A stretch of 64,000 bases of DNA from Eledone cirrhosa (lineage: Eukaryota). The translations under genes were made by a program, and so were the position numbers. Below are positions 61,619-64,000 of this stretch, in pieces. A model generated the notes under the pieces. The model searched no databases. It saw only the letters and a list, made by a program, of their open reading frames with translations, and was not told the DNA's origin. How positions within the stretch are numbered: position 1 is the stretch's first letter; the number at the start of each line of letters is the position of its first letter. Where the stretch lies: assembly GCA_964016885.1 (NCBI GenBank), contig OZ024742.1, positions 115,320,001 through 115,384,000 on the forward strand, given 5' to 3'.

Positions 61619-62650
61619 ATATATATCTGCATTCGGTTATCTCTCTTTGCTTCGGGGAGATTATCGTACACGAAATAACTTCATTTTCATTGTTTTCTGT
61701 TAATTTTGAAGTAATTAACATGACTGGCATTACATTTGTAACAGTCTACTTTCCCTGTCTTGCAATCTTTAGTTTCTCCCTATCTATTTTTCTCTTTGTC
61801 TACATTTTATCTTTCAAAAATTCACACCGATAATATAACTATCTGCAGCTGCTATAGCCCCACTACCACTACTACGACAACTCTTGTTTATGAGAAGCAT
61901 GAGGAACTTGTTGATCTTGAAGATGACGTGTTCGTTATTGTTGTCCCTGTTGTTATTGAGGGTCTTGAATATGACATGTTTAAAAAGTTTAACTTATCAA
62001 TTGTTACCTTCCATTAGACTGTTTTAAAATACATTTCACGGAGGCAACAAGATTAACAATGATGTGAACAAGATTGCTGGGAGCAGAAATAAATCAGCTG
62101 TTTTTATATATGACATGTACTTAGCTACGCATTTTGCTTCTGCTATTCTCAATGAAGACAATTAGGAAAATTATTTATGCTCGTGTGGGTGGTGCAAGTA
62201 GAAATAATGTGAAGAATGTAAAAGTTGGATAACAAAAGAAGAAGAAGAAGAAGAAGAAGCAGGAGAAGAAGAATCAATACATTCTGAGTGCAATACCCGT
62301 TAACATCTACTATGCCTTTCATCCTTTCCTGCTGCATACAATTATTTACTATTCTTGTAGTGTGGTGAGTTAATCAACTTTGCCCTTCCCCCAGATTTAA
62401 ATAGTCTTGTGCTTAAATTATTGTTTGATATCAGGACTCTACACTAATAATGTTTGGGTGTATATTATGCAACACAGTTCTATGTATAGTGGTGTGTGTA
62501 ATCGGTGTAATTTGTGCAGTGCAGGGCAGTATTCTTGTACGGTAAACACAAGAGAGAATAGGAGATATGAGATGGATAGTGATGTAGTGACCTGGTTAGT
62601 GGGTCTGGTCACTACTTCTGATCGGATCTGAGAATAGCCCTTAAAAGGAC

Positions 62651-63028
62651 TGTTATCGCATACGGTAAGGATGAACAGCCGAAGGAAGAAGTTGAAAGGA
62701 CAAATAGGCAAGAGATGTAGTTTCGTTCAAAGGTTTATTCCATACATGAAGCGACAATACAGAGGGTCAATGCGTGTGTGAGTGATGGGTGGCAGAAGAG
62801 AGGAACAACGATACGCGAGCTGACTCTGCCAAAGGTCGACGGGTGAAAGTGTTTGGAATCAATTCTATTTATACACAAATATTCGTTTGATGTTTAGCCG
62901 CTGCATGGTCATTTTAGTTTGGTGGCTTAAGGGTTGTTTGTTTCACTGGGGTGAGTTAGCTAGATAAGCAGATAGAAGAGTTGTTTACTTCACTGGTAAT
63001 GACAGATGTTATTTCCGGTGGCTCTACA
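62651..63028 (-). mobile_element. Possible solo LTR
   Basis: Ends TGT...ACA (minus strand tgtagagcc...gataaca) with AATAAA ~85 bp from the 3' end; no convincing target-site duplication. Confidence 0.35.
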
Positions 63029-63049
63029 GTGATAACTTTGATAACTTTG

Positions 63050-64000
63050 ATAGGTTTCGGCCAGTATTGACCCAACCATGTCTAACTTAATAGCACCACC
63101 TGGCGAAGTCTCACACATCAGGGTTTGGGCACCTTGGCCCACTCGAACAGAGAGTTATTGTTAATACTTTTTGAACTTGACGGGGTCTGTTTCCCTTTTG
63201 ATGTGTTTTGGTGTAATGTTAAAGAGTGCAGGGCCCATTGAGGTGAAATAATTGTGTCGTATTGTTGTTATGAGATAAGAGCGAGATTTTTGTCGTGGTC
63301 GTATAGTACGGGGCCCAAGCCTTGGGTGTACAGTGAAGGTGATGCCAACGTCATTTGGGCAAAGCTGAAGGAATATTTTTCACATCATGCAGATGATGTA
63401 GCGCTCACGGCGACGTTGGAGAGAATAAAGGTTGAGCTTTTCTAATCGACTCCAATAGTCAAGGTCTGTCATACCATCCCTATTCTTTGTAATCGATCTT
63501 TGGGTTGCTTCAAATTACATGATACTTTGTTTCGTGTGTAGAGACAACAATGGACAACATTATTCAAGGTGGGGTCGGGCAAATGTGGAGAAGAAAGGAT
63601 AACAGTGTGGATATCTCTCGACTGGAATGTTCTGAGAATCCAGGAACACATTCTGGGGGCCATGTAAACTTTGCTGTTTATATGAGTGACCCAGCTTATG
63701 TTGTTGTACGCAGTTATTCTCAGGTCTCCGATGTTGTCGGATGCCACTAAAATTTCACCCGAAGGAAGAAAGTATGGTTGTTTCAGGGCATTCTTTTTTC
63801 CAAAGTGGATTAATTCAAACTTATCCTCATTTAAAACAACAGCATATTATTATTTTCTGCCCATTGGATAACAGCCAGTAGGTCTGACTGAAGGCAAGTC
63901 CGGTCACCCACCTCATTGATGACCCTTTGGAGCTTGGAATCACCTGCGAAGATTCTTATGTTGCTGTGCTTGATGATGTCAGTAATTTCATTAATGAGGA
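63050..64000 (-). mobile_element. CR1/L2-group LINE RT C-terminus, decayed (continues beyond the window)
   Basis: FAGDSKL; IGDLRIT; SWVTHINSKV..RMCSWILRTFQSRD; LEKLNLYSLQRRRERY; FTSMGPALFN. Confidence 0.8.

Noticed and set aside
61840-62040. Ser/Thr-rich or acidic open frames as a possible host exon
   Set aside because: Low complexity, no supporting splice structure

Overview
This is an AT-rich eukaryotic (metazoan) window that is almost entirely repeats. It is most likely an octopod cephalopod, inferred from a tRNA-derived SINE whose sequence resembles Octopus SINEs and from very dense (TA)n/(CA)n/(TAA)n microsatellites. I could not support any host gene. Four classes of element dominate. 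(1) About a dozen decayed Penelope-like elements (PLEs; RT plus C-terminal GIY-YIG, several Naiad-like), most bordered by (TA)n. Their pseudo-LTRs carry hammerhead ribozyme (HHR) motifs from several unrelated families. (2) An ~8 kb same-orientation stack of five R4/Dong-clade RLE retrotransposon copies from two families, separated by (TAA)n tracts. One copy keeps its 5' end, which has a compact, apparently multi-pseudoknotted RNA leader. (3) Fragments of L1/Tx1-like, RTE-like and CR1/L2-like LINEs, plus two SINEs. (4) Many fold-back inverted repeats, including a ~1.7 kb near-perfect palindrome. The best candidates for something new are the structured R4/Dong 5' leader (ribozyme candidate), a non-coding element bracketed by HHR-bearing direct repeats (retrozyme-like), and the recurrent head-to-head fold-back of PLE ends. 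All coordinates and pairings were read by eye, and many boundaries are approximate.
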